Virus record (IMG/VR): IMGVR_UViG_3300029305_002995
Location: 32,001 to 96,000 of that record
DNA: 64,000 nucleotides
Strand: one strand, 5' to 3'
DNA from: a virus
Taxonomy: Duplodnaviria > Caudoviricetes
The notes under the pieces are model-generated. The model saw only the letters and a program-made list of their open reading frames with translations. It did no database searches and was not told the DNA's origin. The position numbers and the translations under genes are program-made. Below, piece by piece: positions 31,793 through 40,671 of this stretch (its first letter is position 1; each line of letters opens with the position of its first letter).

Positions 31793-32407
31793 ATGATTAC
31801 ACTGAATCAGCTTAATTGTTCCAGATGTTATCGTTTTGTAGATAACAATTTGAAATCTTATAAAGTGGAATGTATTCGCTTTTATAAAGAAAATAAGGTT
31901 GTAATTCAAGTTGATAATGGTTGGTTGACTGTTAGAAAACAGGGATGGACAGTTGATTTGAAATCTCTTGACCTTCCTATTTCTGAAATCAAAGCTAAAA
32001 GAAAAGAAAAACTGGATGGCAATGAAGTTTTCTATATGAGCCTTGGGACTGAAAAATACGGTTCTGAAAAGATTTGTGTACTTTATATTCCTGCTGATAT
32101 GTTAGGAATTAAATTTGCAGAATATAAAAAACAGTCTGATTATGTACAGGCTATCTATACAGGCGAACAGGGAATCTATATTGAAAAATTTGTAGGTACT
32201 TTGAATTGTAAATTGCGATTTCTTAGAGAAGAATATGCAAGATATTATAAAAAAGTTGACGAATATGCTTTGATGGTTACTAAAGAAGAAGTTTTCGATG
32301 AATTTTTCAATAAATTGGTAGAACTTAAAGAAGCTATCAAAGCAGAACAAAAACGTGTTTACAATTTAACTGTTGAAGAAGCAGTAAAAGAAATGAAAGA
32401 GGTGTAA
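31793..32407 (+). CDS. Hypothetical early protein
   Basis: Promoter, leader and RBS. Confidence 0.7.
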   Translation: MITLNQLNCSRCYRFVDNNLKSYKVECIRFYKENKVVIQVDNGWLTVRKQGWTVDLKSLDLPISEIKAKRKEKLDGNEVFYMSLGTEKYGSEKICVLYIPADMLGIKFAEYKKQSDYVQAIYTGEQGIYIEKFVGTLNCKLRFLREEYARYYKKVDEYALMVTKEEVFDEFFNKLVELKEAIKAEQKRVYNLTVEEAVKEMKEV

Positions 32408-32410
32408 TGT

Positions 32411-32743
32411 ATGACAGATAAAGTATATAAAACTGCTTGTACTTTCGGTTTTGACGAAGAACTGGAAAGGCTTGAAAAAGATTTGTTATCTGTTAAATAT
32501 GTTCAAAGTGTAGATTTTGACATTGATGGTTTTTACGACAATATCAATTATATTATCACTATTTTCAAGTATGCAATTCCAGTGACTTTGAAAAATTATT
32601 TTGAAGTTAGACGCACAATGTTAAAAGAAGTGCTTGTGATTATGGGAAAACATGGTTTGTCAAAAACTGGTGATGCTATCGAAGATTACGGAGAGCATTA
32701 TTATATTGTACGCAGTTATAATCCAGACAATAATGCAGAATAA
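32411..32743 (+). CDS. Hypothetical protein
   Basis: GAGGTG RBS, closely coupled to the upstream gene. Confidence 0.65.
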   Translation: MTDKVYKTACTFGFDEELERLEKDLLSVKYVQSVDFDIDGFYDNINYIITIFKYAIPVTLKNYFEVRRTMLKEVLVIMGKHGLSKTGDAIEDYGEHYYIVRSYNPDNNAE

Positions 32744-32756
32744 GGAGTGAAATATA

Positions 32757-33191
32757 ATGACATATATTTCTATGTTGCATGGTGGCACTGATAGTCAGTA
32801 TCACAGAAGCCCTATTATTATCCATGATGGAATGTGGTATTGTGCAGAATTTCAGACTGTTGAGCAGTTGGATTTCTTTGCTAAAACTTTAGGTTTTACC
32901 TATGAATTAACCGAAGAAGAAAAATGGATGAATACTAAAAAAGTATATCAAAAATACAGAATGAGCCATGATATTAAAACGGCAGATAAACGCTTTTGGA
33001 CTTTTGAAGATTTGCCAGATGGAGTAAAACCTATTAAAGCATTATCTAATAGACATATCGTTACTTGCTATTATATCAATACTGGCGATTGTATTGTGAT
33101 TTACAGACCGAATCCAAACGCTAAAGAAGTTTATAAACCATTAAGCCTCACAGAACATATTAACCATCAAAAGATTTACGGTAGCTATTAA
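32757..33191 (+). CDS. Hypothetical protein
   Basis: AGGAG RBS. Confidence 0.65.
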   Translation: MTYISMLHGGTDSQYHRSPIIIHDGMWYCAEFQTVEQLDFFAKTLGFTYELTEEEKWMNTKKVYQKYRMSHDIKTADKRFWTFEDLPDGVKPIKALSNRHIVTCYYINTGDCIVIYRPNPNAKEVYKPLSLTEHINHQKIYGSY

Positions 33192-33205
33192 GGAGAATAA
33201 TTACA

Positions 33206-33331
33206 ATGAAAAGAAAATATATGTATCTTTTAGAAAGAATTAGGGATTGTTCTGATTGGGAAAAAGGCATGAGAATTTGGGCAGATTCTCCTTGTACTGG
33301 ATGGAGAATTGTTAAAAAAATTAGAGTATAA
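33206..33331 (+). CDS. 41-aa hypothetical protein (not in ORF track)
   Basis: AGGAG RBS; fills the gap in the operon. Confidence 0.55.
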   Translation: MKRKYMYLLERIRDCSDWEKGMRIWADSPCTGWRIVKKIRV

Positions 33332-33354
33332 AAGAATTATTTTAAGCGGAGGAC

Positions 33355-33879
33355 TTGAGTATGTGTAATTTTGATGAAGTAATTGCAAAGAGCATTGAAT
33401 TGCATAATGCAATCAATAAGCTTAATGATGAATCTAAGGTTCTCAATTCTATTATCGCAGAGAAGAGAGAAGCAAAGAAGCAAGACATTATGAATGACTT
33501 GCAGAGGTATATCGATATTATGACAAAGCTTGATATTAAGGTTGTTGAGTTTAAGACCAATAGTTTTATGTACTACAATGAAATGAATCGCAGACTTGGC
33601 ATTAAGATTCGCAGATGGAGTCAAGGTGTTCAAATTGATTTGGGTTGTTGTTCTACTGTCATGAACGGTTTTTATACATTCCACTCTATTGGTCATGTAG
33701 CTGCTGGACTTAGACATGAAGATATTATGAATGGTTTTTGTGAAAAGTGGGATGACATTAAGAAAGGCATGGACACTTTCTTTGCTAAAGAAATTGAAAA
33801 GATTTTGGAAGATAGAAAAGCAAAGGCAATTAAAGAAAGAGAATGTGCTATTAGCAAATTGACCTCAATTAGCAGATAA
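33355..33879 (+). CDS. Hypothetical protein
   Basis: GGAGG RBS. Confidence 0.65.
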   Translation: MSMCNFDEVIAKSIELHNAINKLNDESKVLNSIIAEKREAKKQDIMNDLQRYIDIMTKLDIKVVEFKTNSFMYYNEMNRRLGIKIRRWSQGVQIDLGCCSTVMNGFYTFHSIGHVAAGLRHEDIMNGFCEKWDDIKKGMDTFFAKEIEKILEDRKAKAIKERECAISKLTSISR

Positions 33880-33894
33880 GTGGAGGATTGAAAC

Positions 33895-34065
33895 ATGTTT
33901 GAAACTAAGAAAGATATATATAACGAACTGACAAAGCTTTTGACAGACTATGAGAATCCTATGGATGTAGAAGATTATGATGATATTGATTGGGAAGCAG
34001 AACTTTATGAAATGTTGGTAAAGATTCAAAACAGATGGGAAGATACCATCACGGCAGACATTTAA
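33895..34065 (+). CDS. 56-aa acidic protein (not in ORF track)
   Basis: GGAGG RBS; MFETKKDIYNEL...DVEDYDDIDWEAELYE. Confidence 0.6.
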   Translation: MFETKKDIYNELTKLLTDYENPMDVEDYDDIDWEAELYEMLVKIQNRWEDTITADI

Positions 34066-34094
34066 AAATGTAATTTTAAACGGAGGATTTAATT

Positions 34095-34289
34095 ATGAGT
34101 GAAACAGTAAGAATTTGGCTTGAAGAACTTTATAAAAATGAGATTGAAGAAATCAAAGGAACTATTGAAAACGAGCATATTTGGGAACTTGGATATGATG
34201 GAGAAGAGCCGAATCCGCATACAGAAAATATCGAAGTGCTGAAAGAATATATCGAAGTGCTTGAAGAGAAGTTGGCTGAACTGAATTAA
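34095..34289 (+). CDS. 64-aa very acidic protein
   Basis: GGAGG RBS; Glu-rich. Confidence 0.65.
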   Translation: MSETVRIWLEELYKNEIEEIKGTIENEHIWELGYDGEEPNPHTENIEVLKEYIEVLEEKLAELN

Positions 34290-34317
34290 AAGGATAATTT
34301 TATAGGGAGGGGCAAAC

Positions 34318-34554
34318 ATGGAAAATAATGAAAGAATGTACTATGCAGGAGTCGATATGACAGATTGGGATTTTTCTTTTAAGGAAGATGACCCTAAATT
34401 TATCTACAAGGCATTTATGGCAGTATGCAACTTTGCGGAAGAATTTTCTGGTTGTGTCGGTTGCCCGTTGAGAGATAAATTGTGTTTCTCTAAGCACGGG
34501 CATATGTTTTGGGGTAAGGTTCATAGAGAATTGACAGATGTGAATCTAAGATAA
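34318..34554 (+). CDS. Small Cys-containing protein
   Basis: GGAGG RBS; CVGCPL motif. Confidence 0.6.
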   Translation: MENNERMYYAGVDMTDWDFSFKEDDPKFIYKAFMAVCNFAEEFSGCVGCPLRDKLCFSKHGHMFWGKVHRELTDVNLR

Positions 34555-34579
34555 AATGACGATTTTATAAGGAGATTTA

Positions 34580-34765
34580 GTGATTATGAAAAGGATTTTT
34601 CGTGATACAGAATCCAATGAACTAATTACAGAGCAGGAACTAAAAAATGAATTTCTATATTATTGTAAACATCTAAGTAACGACCCAAGAACTTTTGAAC
34701 AGTATATTAAAGACTGTACAAGTAAAAACGGATTTTTAGAGGAAGTTAAAAATACAACTAAATAA
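34580..34765 (+). CDS. Small hypothetical protein
   Basis: AGGAG RBS; terminator follows. Confidence 0.6.
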   Translation: MIMKRIFRDTESNELITEQELKNEFLYYCKHLSNDPRTFEQYIKDCTSKNGFLEEVKNTTK

Positions 34766-35210
34766 ACAAATTAAGGGAAGTAACATCAATTTTACTTCCC
34801 TTTTACTTCCCTATTTTTTATACAGAAAATTAACATTTTTGAAAACAATCATAATATTAAAATGGCTGCTTAAATACGAATTGTAAAATAATGTAAACGT
34901 ATATGAATTTTATTTAATCATCCCCAAACCGTCTATAAGCCATTTTAAGACAGTTTATAGATTCAATGACAGGTTATCTATCTAACCACCTAAAAATAGA
35001 AAATAGACCTATTACAGAAGCGGATATAAGCAAATATACATATTAGATATATGGATATTGTTTGTAGGAATATTTATTTTCCAAAAAACTATCTGAAACA
35101 AAGTCTTTGTAAATAAATCAGATATTGCAGGTAAACTTAATTTTTGAAAACAGTTATTTCATGTAAATGCCATTCTTCCCCATCGTCAACTGGAAATTAA
35201 ATTTTTTATG

Positions 35211-35342
35211 GTGCTTTAAGTATTTTATATATCTCTTATTATTATATATATAGAAGTTAAAAAACGTTACAGATACTGTACACGATTGGGTATCTGACAG
35301 TTAAAAATAGCTATTTTGTGTACGTTATCTGTATATTTTTGA
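35211..35342 (+). repeat. Right copy of the ~133-bp inverted repeat (partner at 19765-19898)
   Basis: GTGCTTTAAGTATTTTATATAT...TAGAAGTTAAAAAACG...GTACACGATT...GTGTACGTTA..TGTATATTTTTGA shared. Confidence 0.85.
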
Positions 35343-35505
35343 TTTTTTGACTTTTTCGAAAATAGTTGTTTCACTGGAAGATATGGAAATAATTGTAATT
35401 AGTGGCATTTAGAATCAGTTTGACAAGCTGAAAATTATAGTTTATAATTAAAAAAAGAGAATTTTTTAAGCAAAACATAAAAATTTTCAAAAATGAGGTG
35501 TTTTT

Positions 35506-35778
35506 GTGGCATATTTGAAAGTTGAAGAATCAAAAATGAAAGAAAAAATTCAAAGAACTACTATGAATACAACGATTGAAAAAGAACTTTTAGGTGCATT
35601 TAAGGCAAAATGTAGAACGAGTGGAATCCCAATGAATATGATTCTTGAAATTTTCATGCGTCAGTTTATCAATGACGAAGTTGTATTAAAATTTGCTAAT
35701 AATCGTTTGACTTTGGGTGTGGATGAATTAAATAATTCTGAGTTAAAAGAATTTGAATCTAAAGAAGAAATTAAATAG
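35506..35778 (+). CDS. Ribbon-helix-helix DNA-binding protein
   Basis: RTTMNTTIEKELLGAFKAKC...MNMILEIFMRQF pattern. Confidence 0.65.
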   Translation: MAYLKVEESKMKEKIQRTTMNTTIEKELLGAFKAKCRTSGIPMNMILEIFMRQFINDEVVLKFANNRLTLGVDELNNSELKEFESKEEIK

Positions 35779-35919
35779 TTTGATTTTTGAAAAGAGTGGA
35801 AATTGTATTTCTGCTCTTTTATTTTTTTTGCTAAAATTTCCTTGACAAAGTATAATGATTGTGTTATACTGCATTTAGAAAGTAAATAAAACAATAAACG
35901 AGATTGAGGTGATAATAAA

Positions 35920-36630
35920 ATGAGAAATCAAACTGACTTAAACAAAGTCAAAGATATGGCTAATATATTCTCAAATATGGACGTTGTTGCTTCGGATTGT
36001 TCTTTTGTTGTACAGCATCCAATCTATGAATATCCCGTTGTGGCTGTGGGCTTTTCTGACTATGACAATGGGGTTCAGATAGTTAATATCTTAGAGAGCG
36101 AAGAAAACTTAAATAAAGCAAGGCAGGCTACACGAGAAACGATTGCTAAAGCAGAAGATATTTTTTCTGTTTATTTTGTTATTCGCAAATCTTATCGTAT
36201 GACCTTTTTAAAGTATATTCATAGTTATTTGTCTTTAGAAGATTTTAGCAAGTTGTTAAATTATGCTTGGATTTCTTCTGAGAATCCAAATACAGATGTT
36301 AATGTAAATATCCGTACTGTTTTATCATGGTTCAAAAAGGCTGATAAGAAACAGTTAATGAATGAAGAAGATTATGAAGTTTACAATAATCTTCCAGAAT
36401 ATGTAACATTATATCGTGGTGTAGGTATTAAATCCAAAAGAAAAGGATTATCTTGGACAGACGATATTGAGATTGCGAAATGGTTTGCAAATCGTTTTCA
36501 GTCTAATGGATATATTTTAACTGCTAAAGTGCATAAATCAAAAATTCTTGCATACTTTAGTGATAGAAACGAATCTGAATACATTGTTGATGTGTATAGT
36601 ATTGATGTAGAACGATTGGAGGTGGAATAA
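35920..36630 (+). CDS. Protein with ADP-ribosyltransferase-like C-terminal domain
   Basis: LYRG, LSWT and ESEYIV match the R-S-E ART pattern. Confidence 0.5.
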   Translation: MRNQTDLNKVKDMANIFSNMDVVASDCSFVVQHPIYEYPVVAVGFSDYDNGVQIVNILESEENLNKARQATRETIAKAEDIFSVYFVIRKSYRMTFLKYIHSYLSLEDFSKLLNYAWISSENPNTDVNVNIRTVLSWFKKADKKQLMNEEDYEVYNNLPEYVTLYRGVGIKSKRKGLSWTDDIEIAKWFANRFQSNGYILTAKVHKSKILAYFSDRNESEYIVDVYSIDVERLEVE

Positions 36631-36631
36631 A

Positions 36632-37414
36632 ATGAGTAATGCTGTGATGCCTATTGCTAATTCTAATAATATTGTGCCTTTAATGGTAGTCTGCGAAGAA
36701 GGAACAGGCAAGCGGAAAAAGAATGGCGAATTGAAAAAAACAAAAAGCAATAAAGTTGCAGGAAAAGATGCAGAAGTGTATGCTTTTCGTAGTGATAAAG
36801 AAATTAATGCTATGTTAGATGTATTGAATCAGCACATTTATACTGCACCTAATCCAGAGAAACGTAAGATTGCTTGTAGGAATAAACTGCTGTTTAAGAT
36901 TGGTATTAATATCGGTTTAAGAGCAAGCGACCTTAGAACATTAAAGTTTAGTTTTTTCTTTGACCAGAATCCAGATGGAACTTTAGAATTTAAGGAATAT
37001 TACAAATTGCTACCTAAAAAAACACAGGCTTATAAAAAGTACGTTACTGTATATTTTAACTCTGCTGTAAAGCAAGCTGTATTGGAATATCTTAATGAAT
37101 ATCCAATGGATAGTTTAGACGATTATTTGTTCTTCTCCCGTGAAGGTGGAGCAATTAAAGTTGAAACGATGTGGACTATCATTAAGTCAACTGCTAAAGA
37201 AGCAGGAATTAGGCAGAATATCGGCTCTCATTCATTAAGAAAATCTTTTGGTTATCACGCTTTTCATTCGGCAGAAGATAAAAACAAAGCTTTAGTAATG
37301 TTACAGCAAATCTTTAACCATAGTAACGCTTTGGTTACTATGCGATATATCGGAATTTTAGGTGATGAAATGGCTGATATGTTTAATAGTATTGACTTAG
37401 GTTTTGAAGAATAG
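36632..37414 (+). CDS. Tyrosine recombinase (mainly the catalytic domain)
   Basis: GLRASDL, HSLRK, FNHS, TMRYIG. Confidence 0.88.
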   Translation: MSNAVMPIANSNNIVPLMVVCEEGTGKRKKNGELKKTKSNKVAGKDAEVYAFRSDKEINAMLDVLNQHIYTAPNPEKRKIACRNKLLFKIGINIGLRASDLRTLKFSFFFDQNPDGTLEFKEYYKLLPKKTQAYKKYVTVYFNSAVKQAVLEYLNEYPMDSLDDYLFFSREGGAIKVETMWTIIKSTAKEAGIRQNIGSHSLRKSFGYHAFHSAEDKNKALVMLQQIFNHSNALVTMRYIGILGDEMADMFNSIDLGFEE

Positions 37415-37613
37415 AGGTGTTGCAATGTTTGATTTGTGTGGCGTTTTTACCTTGTTGTTGGGTTTATATAGCTTTGTGGACGAATTGTTTACCGTTCCTA
37501 TATCTAAATCAAAACACTTTGATACAGATGGATACATTAAAGATATTAAGAATGGTATGACTTCTAAAGAACAATTCCATAAAAGGAGGTCTGGAAGATA
37601 TTGGGTGGAATAA
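37404..37613 (+). CDS. Small membrane protein
   Basis: Hydrophobic N-terminus; GAGGTG RBS. Confidence 0.5.
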   Translation: MKNRGVAMFDLCGVFTLLLGLYSFVDELFTVPISKSKHFDTDGYIKDIKNGMTSKEQFHKRRSGRYWVE

Positions 37614-37765
37614 TTGAACACACTAAGAAAATAAATATTTCAATAAATTTCAGAAAACCCCTTGACATAGCAAAATCATTATGCTATACTATAATCACAG
37701 GAAGAAAGTAAGTATTCCGATAAACAATAACAAACACAAAAGTAAATCAAAAGGAGAAATGAATT

Positions 37766-39136
37766 ATGTTGGAAAAAGCTACTATCCCTATGAACGCAAG
37801 TCAGATTAAAAAAATGGTACTCGCAGATAAACTTGATTTTAACCATGTTGTACAGCGTGGTTTGACTTGGGAAACTGCAAGAAAGTCCAAGTTTATCCAT
37901 AGTATGATTGAGGGTTATCCATTCCCTTCTGTTTATGCAAAACGTGAAGTGTCCGAAGAAAACAAATCTAATAAACGATATATTGTTCTGGATGGCAAAC
38001 AGCGTCTGACTACTGTTAAACAGTATTTGAATGATGAATTTAAACTGAGTGTCGTTGAACCTATCACTTATTTTGACGAGACTGTAAACGAAGAAGTTAC
38101 AGTTGATATTTCTGGAAAACTGTTTAGCGAACTTCCAGAATCCTTGCAGAATGTTTTGAACACTGTTTCCTTTACTGTTGTTTATTATGACAATTTGACC
38201 AAAGAACAGGAACGTGAAATGTTTAAGAGACTTAATGCAGGTAAACCGCTGTCCTCTAAATCCAGACTGCTTGCTTCTTGTCGTGATATTGAACGTATGC
38301 TTGACATTGGTTCTCACCCACTGTTTGGCGAACTGCTGACTGACAAAGCAAGAGAGCATAAGAGTCAGGTTACTATCGTTATGAAAGCATGGTTGATGCT
38401 GTATGACGATATTGGACACACTTCTTTTGCAGGTAAAGACTTTAGCAATGTAATGGAAACTACTGAAATTGCTGACAAACAGAAAATTGAACTGCACAAT
38501 GTATTTAGTATGATTATGGATATGCACAATATTCTGATTGGACAGAAAGAAAAGAAAGTTGCTAAAAAACTTTACACTGAAACTCACATGATTTCCCTTG
38601 TACCATTTATTAAAAAAGCTATGGATGATGGTATTGGAGCAGAAATGCTTGTAGACTGGCTCATTAGCTTCTTTGGTGTATCTGGTCGTGTAGCAAGTGT
38701 AGATAGAGACTATAATATGTCTTGTTCTTCTGGTTCTGCCAAAAACTCTAATATCGTAACCAGACATGATGCACTTGAAAAAAGCTATGAAGAATTTTTC
38801 GCTGATTTTAATGCAGAAGTTGAAGGAACTGACGATGTAGAAGATATTGACGAAGTTGAAGAAGTAATGGAAGAAACTATTGAGAATGATACTGTTGAAG
38901 AAGAATCCTCTTTTGAGGATTCTTCCGACAACACCGAAGAATTTATTGAAGATTCTGTTGAAGAAGTGGTTAATGTTAATGAAAACTCAGAAGTAGTAAA
39001 TGATATGACTCTTGAAGAAATTCTCGGAGATGTAACCATTGAAGGTGTAACTGATACAGTCGAAGAACATGATATTGCCGAAGAATCAGTTGTAGAAATT
39101 AAAAGCGAAGTAAACAACGAAGAAACCGAAATGTAA
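37766..39136 (+). CDS. DUF262 (ParB/Srx-fold) protein with a long acidic tail
   Basis: QRGLTW, FIHSMIEGYPFP, VLDGKQRL, F.RLN.G motifs. Confidence 0.8.
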   Translation: MLEKATIPMNASQIKKMVLADKLDFNHVVQRGLTWETARKSKFIHSMIEGYPFPSVYAKREVSEENKSNKRYIVLDGKQRLTTVKQYLNDEFKLSVVEPITYFDETVNEEVTVDISGKLFSELPESLQNVLNTVSFTVVYYDNLTKEQEREMFKRLNAGKPLSSKSRLLASCRDIERMLDIGSHPLFGELLTDKAREHKSQVTIVMKAWLMLYDDIGHTSFAGKDFSNVMETTEIADKQKIELHNVFSMIMDMHNILIGQKEKKVAKKLYTETHMISLVPFIKKAMDDGIGAEMLVDWLISFFGVSGRVASVDRDYNMSCSSGSAKNSNIVTRHDALEKSYEEFFADFNAEVEGTDDVEDIDEVEEVMEETIENDTVEEESSFEDSSDNTEEFIEDSVEEVVNVNENSEVVNDMTLEEILGDVTIEGVTDTVEEHDIAEESVVEIKSEVNNEETEM

Positions 39137-39310
39137 TATATAATCATGTCCAATAAAATGGGTGGGAACTTTCCCACCCACAAACTTATTCAGAAAACAA
39201 ATATATTGATAACCCTTCTTCTTATTTTATATTTCTTCTTGCCATGACAGTAAGGTTATGCTATAATGTACATAAACAAAACCATAAACTGTTTTGAAAG
39301 GAGAAACACA

Positions 39311-40246
39311 ATGAAAAGCTATAAGGAATTTGCCGATTCTATTGCGGTAGAAGGTACTGCAAGAGCTATTCGTGCTTTTGGTAAACGCATTGGTGATTTT
39401 AATTTTGAAACTTGTACGCAAAAAGACCTTGAAGAACTAATTATCAATGCCAGACCACAGAACGAAAGAGAACTTGACCGCTTTGTATATTCGGTTGAAT
39501 TGTATGCCAGATTTAACGAGGATGCTGAATTATTTAACAAAACGAAAACTATTGATAGAACTGCTTTGTGGCAAAGAGCCAAACACAATATTCCTGCTAA
39601 ATTCTTATCTCACAAAGACTATTTGCAGTTATTAGAAGATATGGAACGTTTGGAAGAATACAACGTTGATTATAAGGTTCTAATGATGAAAAGTGTTTAT
39701 GAGGGTGTATATAATGATGATTTAAGCGTCATTAAGAATCTTAAAGCATCTGATATTAATGAAAATATCTTAACTCTTAGACCCGATAATGGAGAACCGT
39801 ATGAATTGTCAGTATCTTTAAAATTGGCTAATGAATTAAAAGAATTTAGTAAGGTTCAGATTTTTGAACGTAAAAATTCTCGTTGTGAATTTACTGTTCC
39901 TGCTACTGGTGTGTCACATGATGCTTGCTTTAAATTTGAATTAAGAAAAGACAAACCATTGGAAGAACTTTTTAGATTCTCTGTATATAGAGTATTGCGT
40001 GACGCTACCAAAAAGTATTGTGGTCGTAGTATTTTACCTTCGCAGATTTATATCAGCGGTATTGTATATCGTATTAAAATTAAACTGCAAGAAAAAGGAT
40101 TAACTATGGAAGATGCTTTTGGTGATATGAGAACACACAAAGCTGCTTCTGATGTTGTTAAGGCAGAATTGGCTCGTAGTCATTACGATGTAACTTTCCA
40201 CGCTTTCAAACATACTGTTAAAAGTCATTACAAAATCTTTGACTAA
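39311..40246 (+). CDS. mrpR: MrpR/YopR-like repressor (degenerate tyrosine-recombinase fold)
   Basis: VYEGV....SVIKNL and LPSQIYISGIVYR resemble SPbeta YopR as recalled. It follows a recombinase and a ParB-fold gene as in yopP-yopQ-yopR. Start MKSYK after an AAGGAG RBS. Confidence 0.65.
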   Translation: MKSYKEFADSIAVEGTARAIRAFGKRIGDFNFETCTQKDLEELIINARPQNERELDRFVYSVELYARFNEDAELFNKTKTIDRTALWQRAKHNIPAKFLSHKDYLQLLEDMERLEEYNVDYKVLMMKSVYEGVYNDDLSVIKNLKASDINENILTLRPDNGEPYELSVSLKLANELKEFSKVQIFERKNSRCEFTVPATGVSHDACFKFELRKDKPLEELFRFSVYRVLRDATKKYCGRSILPSQIYISGIVYRIKIKLQEKGLTMEDAFGDMRTHKAASDVVKAELARSHYDVTFHAFKHTVKSHYKIFD

Positions 40247-40255
40247 AACATAAAG

Positions 40256-40513
40256 GTGGTCGCTATGCCTAAGTCCTCTGACAAGAAATTAGAATATAAT
40301 CGAGAGTATCGAAAACGTACAGGATATGCTTCACAGCATAAATACAATCAAGAGAATACTATTCCATTTTCTTTTCGTATGATGAAAAATACCGAACAAG
40401 ATATTATTGATAAGTTAAATTCTGTACCAAGTAAAGCAGGATATATTAAGCAATTAATTCGTGACGATATTGCAAAGGAAAAAATTACACAATTAAATAA
40501 TGATGAACAATAG
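40256..40513 (+). CDS. Small DNA-binding (RHH-like) protein
   Basis: QDIIDKLNSVPSKAGYIKQLIRDDI. Confidence 0.6.
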   Translation: MVAMPKSSDKKLEYNREYRKRTGYASQHKYNQENTIPFSFRMMKNTEQDIIDKLNSVPSKAGYIKQLIRDDIAKEKITQLNNDEQ

Positions 40514-40596
40514 TTGACATACCACATTTATGATGTTATTATTTTCATGTGACACAAATTTTGCCATAGAAAACAATGTAGTAAAATAGAATAAAT

Positions 40597-40610
40597 AGAA
40601 CAAATGTTCT
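40597..40610. promoter_or_regulatory. SOS (LexA/DinR) box next to a TTGTAA-17-TAGAAT promoter
   Basis: AGAAC-AAAT-GTTCT. Confidence 0.7.
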
Positions 40611-40671
40611 TTTTTATATTGTAAAATGTTTTAAACTATGGTAGAATACAATTACAAAATAAAATAACACA

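Noticed and set aside
21720-35800. CRISPR array
   Set aside because: Repeats are not identical or regularly spaced and they flank whole genes; no cas genes seen
36632-37414. Prophage integrase with an att site or host junction in this window
   Set aside because: The protein lacks an arm-binding region, and phage-type genes continue on both sides; iscS and folD are embedded among phage genes
37679-38767. 362-aa minus-strand ORF (similarly 44528-45250, 38785-39183, 61217-61621 and other opposite-strand ORFs)
   Set aside because: Antisense shadows of well-supported plus-strand genes; no RBS or recognisable motifs
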